From an uncultured Ignavibacteria bacterium (GTDB lineage Bacteria > Zixibacteria > MSB-5A5 > UM-FILTER-46-8), in contig CAZLVS010000002.1 in NCBI GenBank assembly GCA_964563085.1, forward strand, positions 62 to 64,061: a stretch of DNA of 64,000 bases, in the 5' to 3' direction. The translations under genes were made by a program, and so were the position numbers. The notes beneath the pieces were generated by a model that saw only the letters and a list, made by a program, of their open reading frames with translations, was not told the origin of the DNA and made no database searches. This document shows, piece by piece, positions 1 to 9,356 of the stretch (positions are counted from its first letter, which is position 1; each line of letters begins with the position of its first letter).

Positions 1-221
1 AAGGATGGGCTGATTAAAATGGTAGTTTTCACTAATTTAAAAAACGTCTTTATAGGCAGTAGAGAATTTGAACACAGGTCTATTTTAAAATTAACAAGCG
101 GCAAGGGATTTGATTTCGATGAATTAAGTTGTAAACACCAGGAATTATATAATTTGCTTGTAAGGGAATCCGAATATAATAATTTTGAACTGCAAATATC
201 CTAAACCAATCGGTTAACTCA

Positions 222-962
222 TCAAAAACTAAACTGCACCCCGTTTATAATCTCCAAATCGTAGTCTTTAACGCCTTCGGGGGGTTGGGAATCGTAGAAA
301 TAATTTACCTCGGTCGTGAGAGCAAAGGTTTCGGTAATTCCTATCGTTACTTGCGCTTCGTCGAGAACCCGAACGTTTTCGAAATCATCAAGAGCCGGTT
401 GAACATAGATTGTATTCTCGATAAAAATCCTATCGAAAGGTTGATATTTGAGGTAGACGTAATCGCTGTTGCGCGGGGTTTTAGTTACTTCTCCGGAGGA
501 TATTTTCTCTTCTTCGTGCATCAATGTTAAGGCGATCGCCCAGAGAAAGCGCTCGGTTTCCACAGGCACTATACGCATACCGGCGCCTATCAAAAAGCGA
601 TGATCCAGTTTTTGAGAGCGGTTGTATTGTGCCTGAAGAAAAAATTCGTAGATGTATACGGGCGTGGTTTCATAATTGTATCGAAGGTGTGAAAAAGCCT
701 TGTTTATGATTGTGCCGTCGTCGGAATAAACGCGCGAGAGATTATTCAGCGTGAAAAACTGGTGTTTCTGTAGTTTCCAGATAAAATTGGGACTGATATC
801 TATCTTGGTCAACTCGGAATTTCCTGCGACAACCGAGTATGATAATTTGAAGTTCCCGGCGACACCGGATTGTTCAAGCCCCATCCGCATCTTCTCGGTG
901 TTGACCTGTCCATGAGCCGCAGCAAATAGCATAATAACTAACGCAATAATTCGTATCTTCAT
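222..962 (-). CDS. putative outer-membrane beta-barrel protein (hypothetical)
   Basis: N-terminal signal peptide (MKIRIIALVIMLFAAAHGQ). Alternating hydrophobic pattern and C-terminal aromatic residue (…GVQFSF) are typical of outer-membrane proteins. No family recognised. Confidence 0.45.
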   Translation of the reverse strand: MKIRIIALVIMLFAAAHGQVNTEKMRMGLEQSGVAGNFKLSYSVVAGNSELTKIDISPNFIWKLQKHQFFTLNNLSRVYSDDGTIINKAFSHLRYNYETTPVYIYEFFLQAQYNRSQKLDHRFLIGAGMRIVPVETERFLWAIALTLMHEEEKISSGEVTKTPRNSDYVYLKYQPFDRIFIENTIYVQPALDDFENVRVLDEAQVTIGITETFALTTEVNYFYDSQPPEGVKDYDLEIINGVQFSF

Positions 963-1261
963 TGTTTACCTTCTTCTATGAATTTAAACCTCTTATGGTG
1001 CTGTTTCCATTATCTTTATATTTTACGACTTCGCACCTGGATATTTTACACCATTAATGATGATTGTTCAAATATTGATGTCATCATCGTCTAAAATATT
1101 TATGGTTAAAACGGATATTAGGAACAGTTTGGGCTCGGTAAATCTCTTGACTTTTAGATAAGGACACAATATATATGGAAATACGGTTATGTTATCAATT
1201 TCGGTAGAAACAAAGAAAATTAAACGAATTCCTAATATCTGATTTTAAGGAAACAGATTCG

Positions 1262-2632
1262 TTGTCAATCAGTAACCCAAATAATATCTGGGGAAACAGT
1301 AAAAAGGTCCAAAAAGTGAATCAAAAAGAACAAGATGAAAAATTAGAGTACGGCAGAAGACGTATCAAGAAGCGACCTGCGCTTAAGCCATCCGAAGAGA
1401 AATCCCCAAAAGAAACCGGCAGAGAGAATAACAGCCCTCAGCAGCAAACCGCACAATCCTCAACAGAAACACAGCCAAAGGATAAGCCTAAACAGAAGCA
1501 ATCAAACAGTGAAAACGCGGTTGATTACAAATCAAAGCGATCACAATCGAATGATTCCAAGCCTAACAATCAGAAGGGCACACGTTCGTACGGTTCCGGA
1601 AGGGATTCGAGAAACGCTGTTAAAAGGCGTCCGCTTGATGATAAGAGCAGGAGAAAAGGCGACAATAGAAAACCGAGCGGAAGGCAGCCGAAGAGGGCTC
1701 CGAGGGAGCGTCAGGGCAAGGTTAAAATATCGGTTGTGATTCCGGCTCATAACGAGGCGGAGAATATCCCTATCTTGCTGCAGCATCTTGATGATATGTT
1801 CTCGGGAGTTAATTACAACGGCGAGGTTGTTATCGTAAACGACGGTTCGACGGACAAAACCGCGGAAGCATTGAATGAAGGTTCATCCCGATATAAGTTT
1901 CTGAGGATTTGCACCCATCCGAGCAGACGCGGTTTGACCGAGGCGCTCGAAACCGGCTTTGCGGCGGCGAAAGGCGAGATATTCGTCTTTTATCCGGCAG
2001 ATCTGCAATATCTTCCCAACGATATTCCTTCCATGATTCAAAAAATCGATGAAGGCGCTGATATCGTATGCGGTTGGCGCCAGGGAAGCTACGGAGCCAA
2101 AAAGGTGGTCTCGTTCTTCTACAACAACCTTTCGCGGGCGCTATTCAATGTAAAAGTGCATGATCTTAATTCGGTGAAGGCATTCAGGCGAGAGGTGCTG
2201 CAGTCAATTACTTTCAGACGGGATTGGCATCGTTACATGGTGGCTATTGCCGCTGACCATGGGTTCAAAGTCGATGAGGTTAAAGTCAAGCTTTACCCAC
2301 GCAGGCATGGAAGGTCAAAATTCGGTTTCGGCAGGATTTTCGTCGGTTTCTTCGATCTGCTCTCGGTTAAATTTCAGCTAACCGTTATGAAAAAGCCGAT
2401 GCTCCTTTTCGGTATGGGAGGGTTCTTATCCAGTATAATCGGCGTGCTTTTGGGGATAGTAGCGCTTTATATGCGGTTTGTGGAACATAACGCATTTCGC
2501 CCCATTCTTTATCTGGTTATGCTCTTGATAATCAATGGATTATTGCTCTTCGCCATGGGATTTTTAGCCGAAGCGCTGGTGAATATCAAAGATGAGATTC
2601 GCTCGCTGCATATCCGCAAGAATGTAAAATAA
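1262..2632 (+). CDS. family 2 glycosyltransferase (polyprenyl-phosphate sugar transferase-like) with long basic low-complexity N-terminal extension
   Basis: GT2 signature ISVVIPAHNEAENIP…VVIVNDGSTDKT…DAD-like motif, followed by C-terminal TM helices as in DPM1/GtrB/ArnC-type enzymes. First ~150 codons are K/R/S/Q/P-rich with no in-frame ATG. Start codon (TTG 1262 or GTG 1316) is uncertain. Confidence 0.7.
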   Translation: MSISNPNNIWGNSKKVQKVNQKEQDEKLEYGRRRIKKRPALKPSEEKSPKETGRENNSPQQQTAQSSTETQPKDKPKQKQSNSENAVDYKSKRSQSNDSKPNNQKGTRSYGSGRDSRNAVKRRPLDDKSRRKGDNRKPSGRQPKRAPRERQGKVKISVVIPAHNEAENIPILLQHLDDMFSGVNYNGEVVIVNDGSTDKTAEALNEGSSRYKFLRICTHPSRRGLTEALETGFAAAKGEIFVFYPADLQYLPNDIPSMIQKIDEGADIVCGWRQGSYGAKKVVSFFYNNLSRALFNVKVHDLNSVKAFRREVLQSITFRRDWHRYMVAIAADHGFKVDEVKVKLYPRRHGRSKFGFGRIFVGFFDLLSVKFQLTVMKKPMLLFGMGGFLSSIIGVLLGIVALYMRFVEHNAFRPILYLVMLLIINGLLLFAMGFLAEALVNIKDEIRSLHIRKNVK

Positions 2633-2647
2633 TCATGGAGTCGATCC

Positions 2648-3823
2648 TTGCCCGGAAAACGGATTCTCGTCTTAACTCATAATTTCATAAGATATCCCGA
2701 GGATCCCGCCGGGCAATTTCTTCACGCCCTTTATCAATATATAGAGGATAATTATGGTATATATATCCTCTGCCCCCATCAGAAAGGATTGAAATCCAAG
2801 GAGAAGATGGGAAATCTGAATATCGTCCGTTTTAAATATTGGCTTCCCGCCTCAGGGGAGAATCTCGCTTATTCCGGCGATATGCAGGAAAAAGTGCAGG
2901 AATCGATCTTCGGTAAAATAAAGTTCGTTCTTCTTATCCTGATGGGGGCTTGGGCGGCGATTCGGCTGGTGTTTCGACAGAAGATCGATATTATCCATGC
3001 TCATTGGTGGATACCGATGGGAATATCCGCCTGGTTGACGTCTAAATTAACAGGTAAAAGGCTGATAATAACATCTCACGGCACCGATATTGTGCTTTTG
3101 GAAAAGGGGGGATATTTGGTGAAAATCGCACAAAAGATATATGATCATGCAAGCCGCATAACCGCTGTTTCCGGTTATTTAAAGCAAAGACTGACTGAGA
3201 TGACGGGAATTATGGAATCAAAGGTTTCGGTTTTCCCTATGCCTTTTAACGTGGGTAAATTTAAAGCCGAGAATGAGTACAGTCGTGAAAAGGGGTTTAT
3301 TCTTTCGGTGGGGAGATTGAATTACAGAAAGGGCTGTGATTATCTGATAAAGGCGTGCAAAATACTGCAGGATGATGGTTACCGATTCAGGCTGGATATA
3401 ATCGGCGAAGGACCCCGCAGGAAGCATCTTCAGGAATTGATTGAATCATTGGGACTTAATAACAATGTTAGATTAATCGGTTCGATGCCGCATAATAAGG
3501 TTATCGAATATTATCATCGGGCTGAGTTGTTTGTTTTGCCGGCGATTAAGGAGGGTTTCGGGCTGGTTTTCGTGGAAGCGATAGTTAGCGGCTTGCCGGT
3601 AATCGGCGCGCATAGCGGAGGAATACCGGATATAATAAAGGATAATAAAACCGGTATACTGGTTCCCCCTGAGGATGAAGAGCAGTTAGCGCAGGCAATC
3701 AAGCGATTACTGGATAATCCCCAATGGGCGCAGGAAATCCAAAAAGCGGGGATGGAATATGTTTGGTCGAATTTTTCCCCCGAAGCGATTGCTGCAAAAC
3801 TTGATAAACTTTACGCTAATTAA
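2648..3823 (+). CDS. family 4 glycosyltransferase (GT4, retaining)
   Basis: C-terminal EX7E region EGFGLVFVEAIVSGLPVIGAHSGGIPDII is typical of the GT4 family. Immediately follows the GT2 gene (probable operon). Confidence 0.8.
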   Translation: MPGKRILVLTHNFIRYPEDPAGQFLHALYQYIEDNYGIYILCPHQKGLKSKEKMGNLNIVRFKYWLPASGENLAYSGDMQEKVQESIFGKIKFVLLILMGAWAAIRLVFRQKIDIIHAHWWIPMGISAWLTSKLTGKRLIITSHGTDIVLLEKGGYLVKIAQKIYDHASRITAVSGYLKQRLTEMTGIMESKVSVFPMPFNVGKFKAENEYSREKGFILSVGRLNYRKGCDYLIKACKILQDDGYRFRLDIIGEGPRRKHLQELIESLGLNNNVRLIGSMPHNKVIEYYHRAELFVLPAIKEGFGLVFVEAIVSGLPVIGAHSGGIPDIIKDNKTGILVPPEDEEQLAQAIKRLLDNPQWAQEIQKAGMEYVWSNFSPEAIAAKLDKLYAN

Positions 3824-3860
3824 TACTACAAGCGAATGGAAAAAACGATGATACTTTTAG

Positions 3861-4016
3861 CCCGGATAACTCATAAAACCGATTAATTCGCAGCCGAAGG
3901 TTTGTCCTTCGGGAGTTCAATAGAAGTAGATCATTTACAGATAGGAATTGAGTATCTCCAAGAAACGCCGGAAGCGCAAGACTTCCGCTACCGATAACGA
4001 TACTTGTGAATAATAT
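3861..4016 (-). repeat. ~155-bp intergenic repeat element (MITE-like), copy 1, inverted orientation
   Basis: Reverse complement matches the consensus seen at 12504, 22543, 26161, 31804, 38429 and 51133. Ends ctatattattcacaa / ggttttatgagttatccggg. Hairpins cggaagtcttgcgcttccg and ccgaaggacaaaccttcgg. Confidence 0.8.
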
Positions 4017-4035
4017 AGATTAGTAAGGAGAGATA

Positions 4036-4539
4036 ATGTTTTCAACTATTGAGGATTTTAAAGCTGCTTGGGCTGAGGAAAAAGAGGGGACATTGAGATT
4101 ATTATCAGCGCTGACTGATGAGTCTCTAAATCAGGCTATTGCGGAGGGGCATAGGAACCTGGGGAGAGTTGCCTGGCATATCGCGGTGACTATTCCTGAA
4201 ATGTCCAAACGCATCGGACTGGATGTAAAGGGACCGGATGAGAAGGCTCCGGTTCCCGAGACGGCGGCAGAGATAAAAGCCGCATATAAGGAGGCTTCCG
4301 ATTCGCTCATGGAACAAGTGTTAAGCAATTGGAGTAATGATACATTGCAGGTCGAGGATGATATGTATGGCGAGACCTGGAAGCGTGGAAAAAGCCTGGC
4401 GGTGATTGTCAGCCATGAAGTGCATCATCGGGGGCAAATGACAGTACTGATGAGACAGTCCGGTTTGATAGTCCCGGGAGTTTATGGTCCCGCATTGGAA
4501 GAATGGGAGCAGTATGGAGCTCCACCGCCGCAATTATAA
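4036..4539 (+). CDS. DinB/YfiT-like metal-dependent hydrolase family protein
   Basis: Four-helix DinB_2-like pattern with conserved His residues (…HIAVT…, …SHEVHHRGQMTVLMRQ…). RBS aaggagag upstream of ATG. Confidence 0.55.
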   Translation: MFSTIEDFKAAWAEEKEGTLRLLSALTDESLNQAIAEGHRNLGRVAWHIAVTIPEMSKRIGLDVKGPDEKAPVPETAAEIKAAYKEASDSLMEQVLSNWSNDTLQVEDDMYGETWKRGKSLAVIVSHEVHHRGQMTVLMRQSGLIVPGVYGPALEEWEQYGAPPPQL

Positions 4540-4578
4540 TCGGCTAATTGATTGTATAGTAGCCAGAAAGGATCAATA

Positions 4579-5043
4579 ATGTTACTTTATCTTGTCAGAC
4601 ATGCTCAATCGGTTCAGAAGGATGTGAATCCTAAACGCCCGTTATCGGAGGAGGGTAAAAAGACAGCAAAAGCAGTGGCGTCCTACATTTCTGAGAAAAA
4701 ACTGATAAATGTTAGCAGAATTCTTCATAGCGGCAAGGAGCGCGCCAAGCAAACGGCTGAGATATTTGCCGAGGAAATGAACTGCGGCGACAAAGTAGCC
4801 GAAGAAGACAGTCTGGAACCGAACGCCGATCCCGGGATATGGGTAAGCAGACTTATTGATATCAGTGATAATCTGATGATAACCGGGCATCTTCCGCATC
4901 TGAACAAATTCGCAACAATGCTTCTCAGCGGCAATCCGCAAAACGATATTTTTAGTTTTGGCAATGCATCCCTGGTCTGTCTTAAACGGAATGAATCGAG
5001 GGAATGGCATGTGAACTGGATGATTACTTCGGATATTGTCTGA
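4579..5043 (+). CDS. histidine phosphatase superfamily protein (SixA-like phosphohistidine phosphatase)
   Basis: N-terminal LYLVRHAQS (RHG/RHA motif of branch-1 histidine phosphatases) and downstream GHLPHL. Length ~155 aa as in SixA. RBS aaagga before ATG at 4579; the tool ORF starts further upstream at 4552. Confidence 0.6.
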   Translation: MLLYLVRHAQSVQKDVNPKRPLSEEGKKTAKAVASYISEKKLINVSRILHSGKERAKQTAEIFAEEMNCGDKVAEEDSLEPNADPGIWVSRLIDISDNLMITGHLPHLNKFATMLLSGNPQNDIFSFGNASLVCLKRNESREWHVNWMITSDIV

Positions 5044-5257
5044 ATATTCTTCATAAGCTGAGTATTCCGGCTATCAACCAATCTCTACTCGGCTGCCGGC
5101 GGTTTGACGGCAGGTCGAAATCCGAAACGAAGCTCCTCGATGAAATCGCGATGGTTTCGACGATTCATCCAAGTTAAAGGTATCTTGATGTTTACCCTCG
5201 AATCCATATATTGTATTCCGAATACTCGGCTTGGCGAGTACTAAGATGGAGAATTGA

Positions 5258-7942
5258 ATGCAGGAGAACGACAATCATATCGACCTCAGTACACCTTGGG
5301 CTCATTCGGCTGACAGCATCATAGAATATCTTGATGTTGATTTCAAAAACGGTCTTTCAACATCGGAGATTCTAAGGAGAAGAAAGCGTTTTGGGCGAAA
5401 CCTCCTCAGGGAAATCAAGAAGAAAAGCGCCTGGTTGATATTATTTGAGCAGTTTAAAAGCCTGATAATCTGGTTGTTGGTTGCGGCGGGCGCTGTTTCG
5501 TTCGCATTTGGTGAGTTTGTCGAGGGGTTGGCGATTGCAATTGTCATTATCATAAACGCGGCTATCGGTTTCTTCACTGAACTCAAAGCGGTACGCTCGA
5601 TGGATGCGCTTAGAAAAATGGGGCGAGTTACCGCGGTGGTTCGAAGGGATGGCGAGCATGTTGTTATCCCTGCTGATGAAATTGTGGTCGGAGATATTGT
5701 AATCTTCGAGGGCGGCGATGTTGTTTCTGCGGACATCCGGTTGATTGAAGCATCCAAACTTCAAGCGAACGAATCGGCCCTTACCGGCGAGTCTCTCCCT
5801 GTCAGTAAAGATACCAAGCCGGTTGATTCCACAGCGATACTCTCAGAAAGAAGCAATATGATCTACAAGGGAACCTCGATTACCCGTGGGTCCGGCGCCG
5901 GAATTGTTGTAGCTGCCGGCATGTCCACCGAATTGGGTAAAATATCCGAACTGGTGGAACAAGCGGAGGATGAATCGACGCCGTTGGAGAAACGGTTGGA
6001 TACACTCGGTCATAAGCTGATCTGGGTAACGCTCGGTATAACCACCGTAGTTGCGATACTTGGAATCGTCAGGGGCAAGGAAGTATTCCTGATGATAGAA
6101 AGCGGTATCGCCCTTGCCGTCGCCGCTATCCCGGAAGGACTGCCCATAGTCGCTACCATTGCCCTTGCCAGAGGAATGATCAGGATGGCGCGCAAAAACG
6201 CTCTTATCAACCGTCTCGCATCCGTTGAAACCTTAGGTGCGACCGATATCATCTGTTCGGATAAAACCGGTACTCTCACCGAGAATAAAATGACCGCAAC
6301 CAAACTCGTCATCGATGAAGGCGAGTTGACCATCCGCAGGGAAAACGGTGAAACCGTGTTTCAGCACAACGGCGACAGAATAGACCACAAAAACAATAAG
6401 CTGATTATGCATGCCCTCACGGTCGGTGTATTATGCAATAATGCTACTTTAACCGGTAATGATGGGGCGGGGATAGGCGATCCGATGGAAGTAGCCCTGC
6501 TCGAAATCGGTTCTCATGCGGGAATCGATCGGGACGAGTTGCTGAAATCGATGCCGGAAGCGCGTGAGGAGGCATTCGACCCGGAAATTAAGATGATGGC
6601 AACTATACATGAGAGCCGGGAGGAGTACTCCGTTGCTGTGAAGGGGGCGCCCGAAGCGGTTCTTAACTGCTGTTCAACCATCCTTACCCCTGATGGCAAG
6701 AAGGAGTTTGCATCGTCCGATGTTGAAGTGTGGAACCGGGTTAATGAAGAAATGGCTCGGAACGGCACCCGAATGCTTGCCCTGGCGGAAAAGAAGTCTT
6801 CGGATTCCAATGCGCAGCCCTACGAGGACCTCACCTTCTTGGGTTTGATAGGTTTAAAGGATCCTCCTCGTATAGATGTACAGGAGTCTATTCGGCTTTG
6901 CGCCAGGGCGGGAATCAATGTTGTCATGGTAACCGGGGATCAACCGGCGACCGCCCTCAATATCGCCAAAAGTATCCGGCTGGTTGACATGGACTACGAC
7001 AGAGTAGTCGTCAGCAACCAGCTGAAGAGCATAGAGCACATGACTGGAGAAGATCGTCTGGACATCCTGAATACAAAGATATTCTCCAGAGTCAGCCCCA
7101 AGCAGAAGCTGGATTTGATAGAGGTTCATCAAACCAGCGGTTCCATAGTCGCCATGACCGGCGATGGCGTCAATGACGCCCCGGCATTGAAAAAAGCCGA
7201 TATAGGTATTGCTATGGGGAGACGAGGCACCCAGGTAGCCCGAGAAGCCGCTGATATGATATTAAAGGATGATGCGTTCTCTTCGATTGTTGAGGCGGTC
7301 AAACAGGGGCGGATTATCTTTGATAATATCAGGAAGTTTGTCCTGTACCTCCTTTCCTGCAATGTTAGCGAGATAATGATAGTCGGCGTCGCATCGATTG
7401 CGAATACCCCGCTGCCTATCCTGCCGCTTCAGATACTATTTTTGAATCTGGTAACCGATGTATTCCCCGCGTTGGCTTTAGGCGTTGGCGGCGGCGATCC
7501 GCAGATAATGTCACGACCTCCAAGGAAATCAAATGAACCGATAATAACCAAAGGGCATTGGCTGCAGATCGGTTTGTACGGCGCGCTGCTGACGGCTTCG
7601 GTATTATCGGCTTTCTTGATCGCCTTATACTGGCTTAACATGGATACAGCGCATTCTGTAACTATCTCGTTCTTGACGCTTGCCTTCGGACAGCTTGTCC
7701 ATGTCTTTAATATGAGAGATCAGCAGTCCGGCATATTCAAAAATGAAATTACTCGGAATGGGTGGATATGGGCGGCGATTGTGCTTTGCCTTTTCTTGAT
7801 TTTCGCCGTTTTGTTAATTACACCTGCAGCCAATGTGCTTAAACTGACTTTTCCGAATGCTGATGGCTGGACACTGATTGTTATATTCAGTTTGATACCG
7901 CTTATCATAGGTCAAACTTTTAAGCTGTTGGTATCGAAATAA
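5258..7942 (+). CDS. P-type cation-transporting ATPase (P2-type, Ca2+/Mg2+-ATPase-like)
   Basis: Phosphorylation motif DKTGTLTEN, hinge motif TGDGVNDAPALKKADIGIAMG, ten predicted TM segments. N-terminal cation-ATPase-N region (LSTSEILRRRKRFGRN). Confidence 0.9.
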   Translation: MQENDNHIDLSTPWAHSADSIIEYLDVDFKNGLSTSEILRRRKRFGRNLLREIKKKSAWLILFEQFKSLIIWLLVAAGAVSFAFGEFVEGLAIAIVIIINAAIGFFTELKAVRSMDALRKMGRVTAVVRRDGEHVVIPADEIVVGDIVIFEGGDVVSADIRLIEASKLQANESALTGESLPVSKDTKPVDSTAILSERSNMIYKGTSITRGSGAGIVVAAGMSTELGKISELVEQAEDESTPLEKRLDTLGHKLIWVTLGITTVVAILGIVRGKEVFLMIESGIALAVAAIPEGLPIVATIALARGMIRMARKNALINRLASVETLGATDIICSDKTGTLTENKMTATKLVIDEGELTIRRENGETVFQHNGDRIDHKNNKLIMHALTVGVLCNNATLTGNDGAGIGDPMEVALLEIGSHAGIDRDELLKSMPEAREEAFDPEIKMMATIHESREEYSVAVKGAPEAVLNCCSTILTPDGKKEFASSDVEVWNRVNEEMARNGTRMLALAEKKSSDSNAQPYEDLTFLGLIGLKDPPRIDVQESIRLCARAGINVVMVTGDQPATALNIAKSIRLVDMDYDRVVVSNQLKSIEHMTGEDRLDILNTKIFSRVSPKQKLDLIEVHQTSGSIVAMTGDGVNDAPALKKADIGIAMGRRGTQVAREAADMILKDDAFSSIVEAVKQGRIIFDNIRKFVLYLLSCNVSEIMIVGVASIANTPLPILPLQILFLNLVTDVFPALALGVGGGDPQIMSRPPRKSNEPIITKGHWLQIGLYGALLTASVLSAFLIALYWLNMDTAHSVTISFLTLAFGQLVHVFNMRDQQSGIFKNEITRNGWIWAAIVLCLFLIFAVLLITPAANVLKLTFPNADGWTLIVIFSLIPLIIGQTFKLLVSK

Positions 7943-7966
7943 TGTCTAACTCTTGAGGTTAAAGGA

Positions 7967-9028
7967 ATGGGCAGCGACCAAAGGGGAGATTCCAAACAAT
8001 TAATGAAGAAGGTTCTGATAGCCTCCAGCGCGGTTATTTTGCTGCTGCTGATTCTGGTAATTATTCAGCAGGTTGTACAAATGCTGCTGGTTGCATTGGC
8101 GGGATTGCTGCTCGCCGTATTTCTCAATGGTCTTGCCAGACCGATAAAGTATAAGACTAAACTGCCGCAAGCTCTTTCTGTAACGATTGTGGTGTTTGGA
8201 CTTCTCTTATTATTCACGGTTGGCATCTGGATTATGGGACCGCATATCTCCGAACAGTTCTCCAGCCTTACCGAACGTGTGCCCGCCGCCCTGAAGAACA
8301 TCGAAAGCGAATTGCAGGAGAGTAAGTGGGGAAAAGACCTGTTATCAAGGATTCCCGAAGTAAAGGAAAGAATTCCCTTTGGAAGCGAATTCATCTGGGG
8401 TATAACCGGCGTTTTTTCCACTGCTTTAGGCACAATAACCAGTTTACTTATCATCCTGTTTATCGGATTGTATTGCGCCTTAGCTCCGGACCTTTATATT
8501 GACAACTTCATTAAATTGATTCCCAAAGAGAAACGTAAACGTGCATGGGAGATTATCACAGCCCTGGGCAATGCCCTCAGGAGATGGCTGCTGGCTCGAG
8601 TAGCGTCAATGGTTGTTGTCGGGATACTTACTGCCGCAGGTTTATCGATTATCGGTGTCCAGCTTGCTCTAACCTTGGGGATAATTGCGGCTTTGCTCTC
8701 ATTCGTTCCCTTTATCGGTCCTCCTTTGGGAGCTATCCCCGCTGTGCTGGTAGCAATGGCTGAAAGCCCGTTACTGGTAGTCTATGTCCTGATCAACTAT
8801 CTTATAGTGGAAACATTAGAAAGCTATGTTATAACACCGATGATTTTCAGCACCACTCTAAAGCTTCCCCCCGCATTTCTTATCACGATTCAGGTTGTGA
8901 TGGGAGTTTTATTCGGCGCGATGGGGGTTGCCATGGCTTCCCCGCTGACGGTGGCGATTGTTGTTCTTGTACAGATGATCTATATTCAGGATATCCTCAA
9001 GGATGATGTCCGCGTTATGGGGCAATGA
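7967..9028 (+). CDS. AI-2E family transporter (PerM/UPF0118-like)
   Basis: About 8 TM helices. Overall pattern and length match AI-2E/YdiK-type permeases. No catalytic motif. Confidence 0.55.
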   Translation: MGSDQRGDSKQLMKKVLIASSAVILLLLILVIIQQVVQMLLVALAGLLLAVFLNGLARPIKYKTKLPQALSVTIVVFGLLLLFTVGIWIMGPHISEQFSSLTERVPAALKNIESELQESKWGKDLLSRIPEVKERIPFGSEFIWGITGVFSTALGTITSLLIILFIGLYCALAPDLYIDNFIKLIPKEKRKRAWEIITALGNALRRWLLARVASMVVVGILTAAGLSIIGVQLALTLGIIAALLSFVPFIGPPLGAIPAVLVAMAESPLLVVYVLINYLIVETLESYVITPMIFSTTLKLPPAFLITIQVVMGVLFGAMGVAMASPLTVAIVVLVQMIYIQDILKDDVRVMGQ

Positions 9029-9107
9029 CGGAGATATTGGTAATTGCAAGTCCGAGGCTTGCCGAGGGCGCGTCAATCTCCTTTTCTCATGCGATGCTCT
9101 AACCCGA

Positions 9108-9192
9108 AATTTTCATAAATACCGTTATCGGTAGCGGAAGCGGAAGCGCAAAGCTTCTTCTACCGGCGCCGAAATTTATGAATAATCGGGGC
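9108..9192. repeat. truncated palindromic derivative of the ~155-bp repeat (left-end/hairpin-1 half joined to inverted left end)
   Basis: ttcataaataccgttatcggtagcggaagc … gcttc…ctaccggcgccgaaatttatgaataatc. Both halves match the left TIR + first hairpin of the full element, in opposite orientations. Confidence 0.6.
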
Positions 9193-9356
9193 TATATGTA
9201 GATGGGCGTAATATCCAAGTCAATAATTAACTGCCAATATCAGAACTCAGGCTTGCAACTTTCGGATTGTCATCCGATAATTTCTATTGACTGATTGGTG
9301 AAAAATCGTAGATTGTTATTCAATTCACAAGAGAAGAAGTTTGCCAGCGAGGAAAT

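Noticed and set aside
19-204. 61-aa ORF at the window start
   Set aside because: AT-rich, no RBS, no domain. It is likely non-coding sequence between the window edge and the convergent outer-membrane protein gene.
1509-1786. Short ORFs on both strands inside the GT2 N-terminal extension
   Set aside because: They are embedded in a longer continuous frame leading into the GT2 catalytic domain. They have low-complexity composition and no start context.
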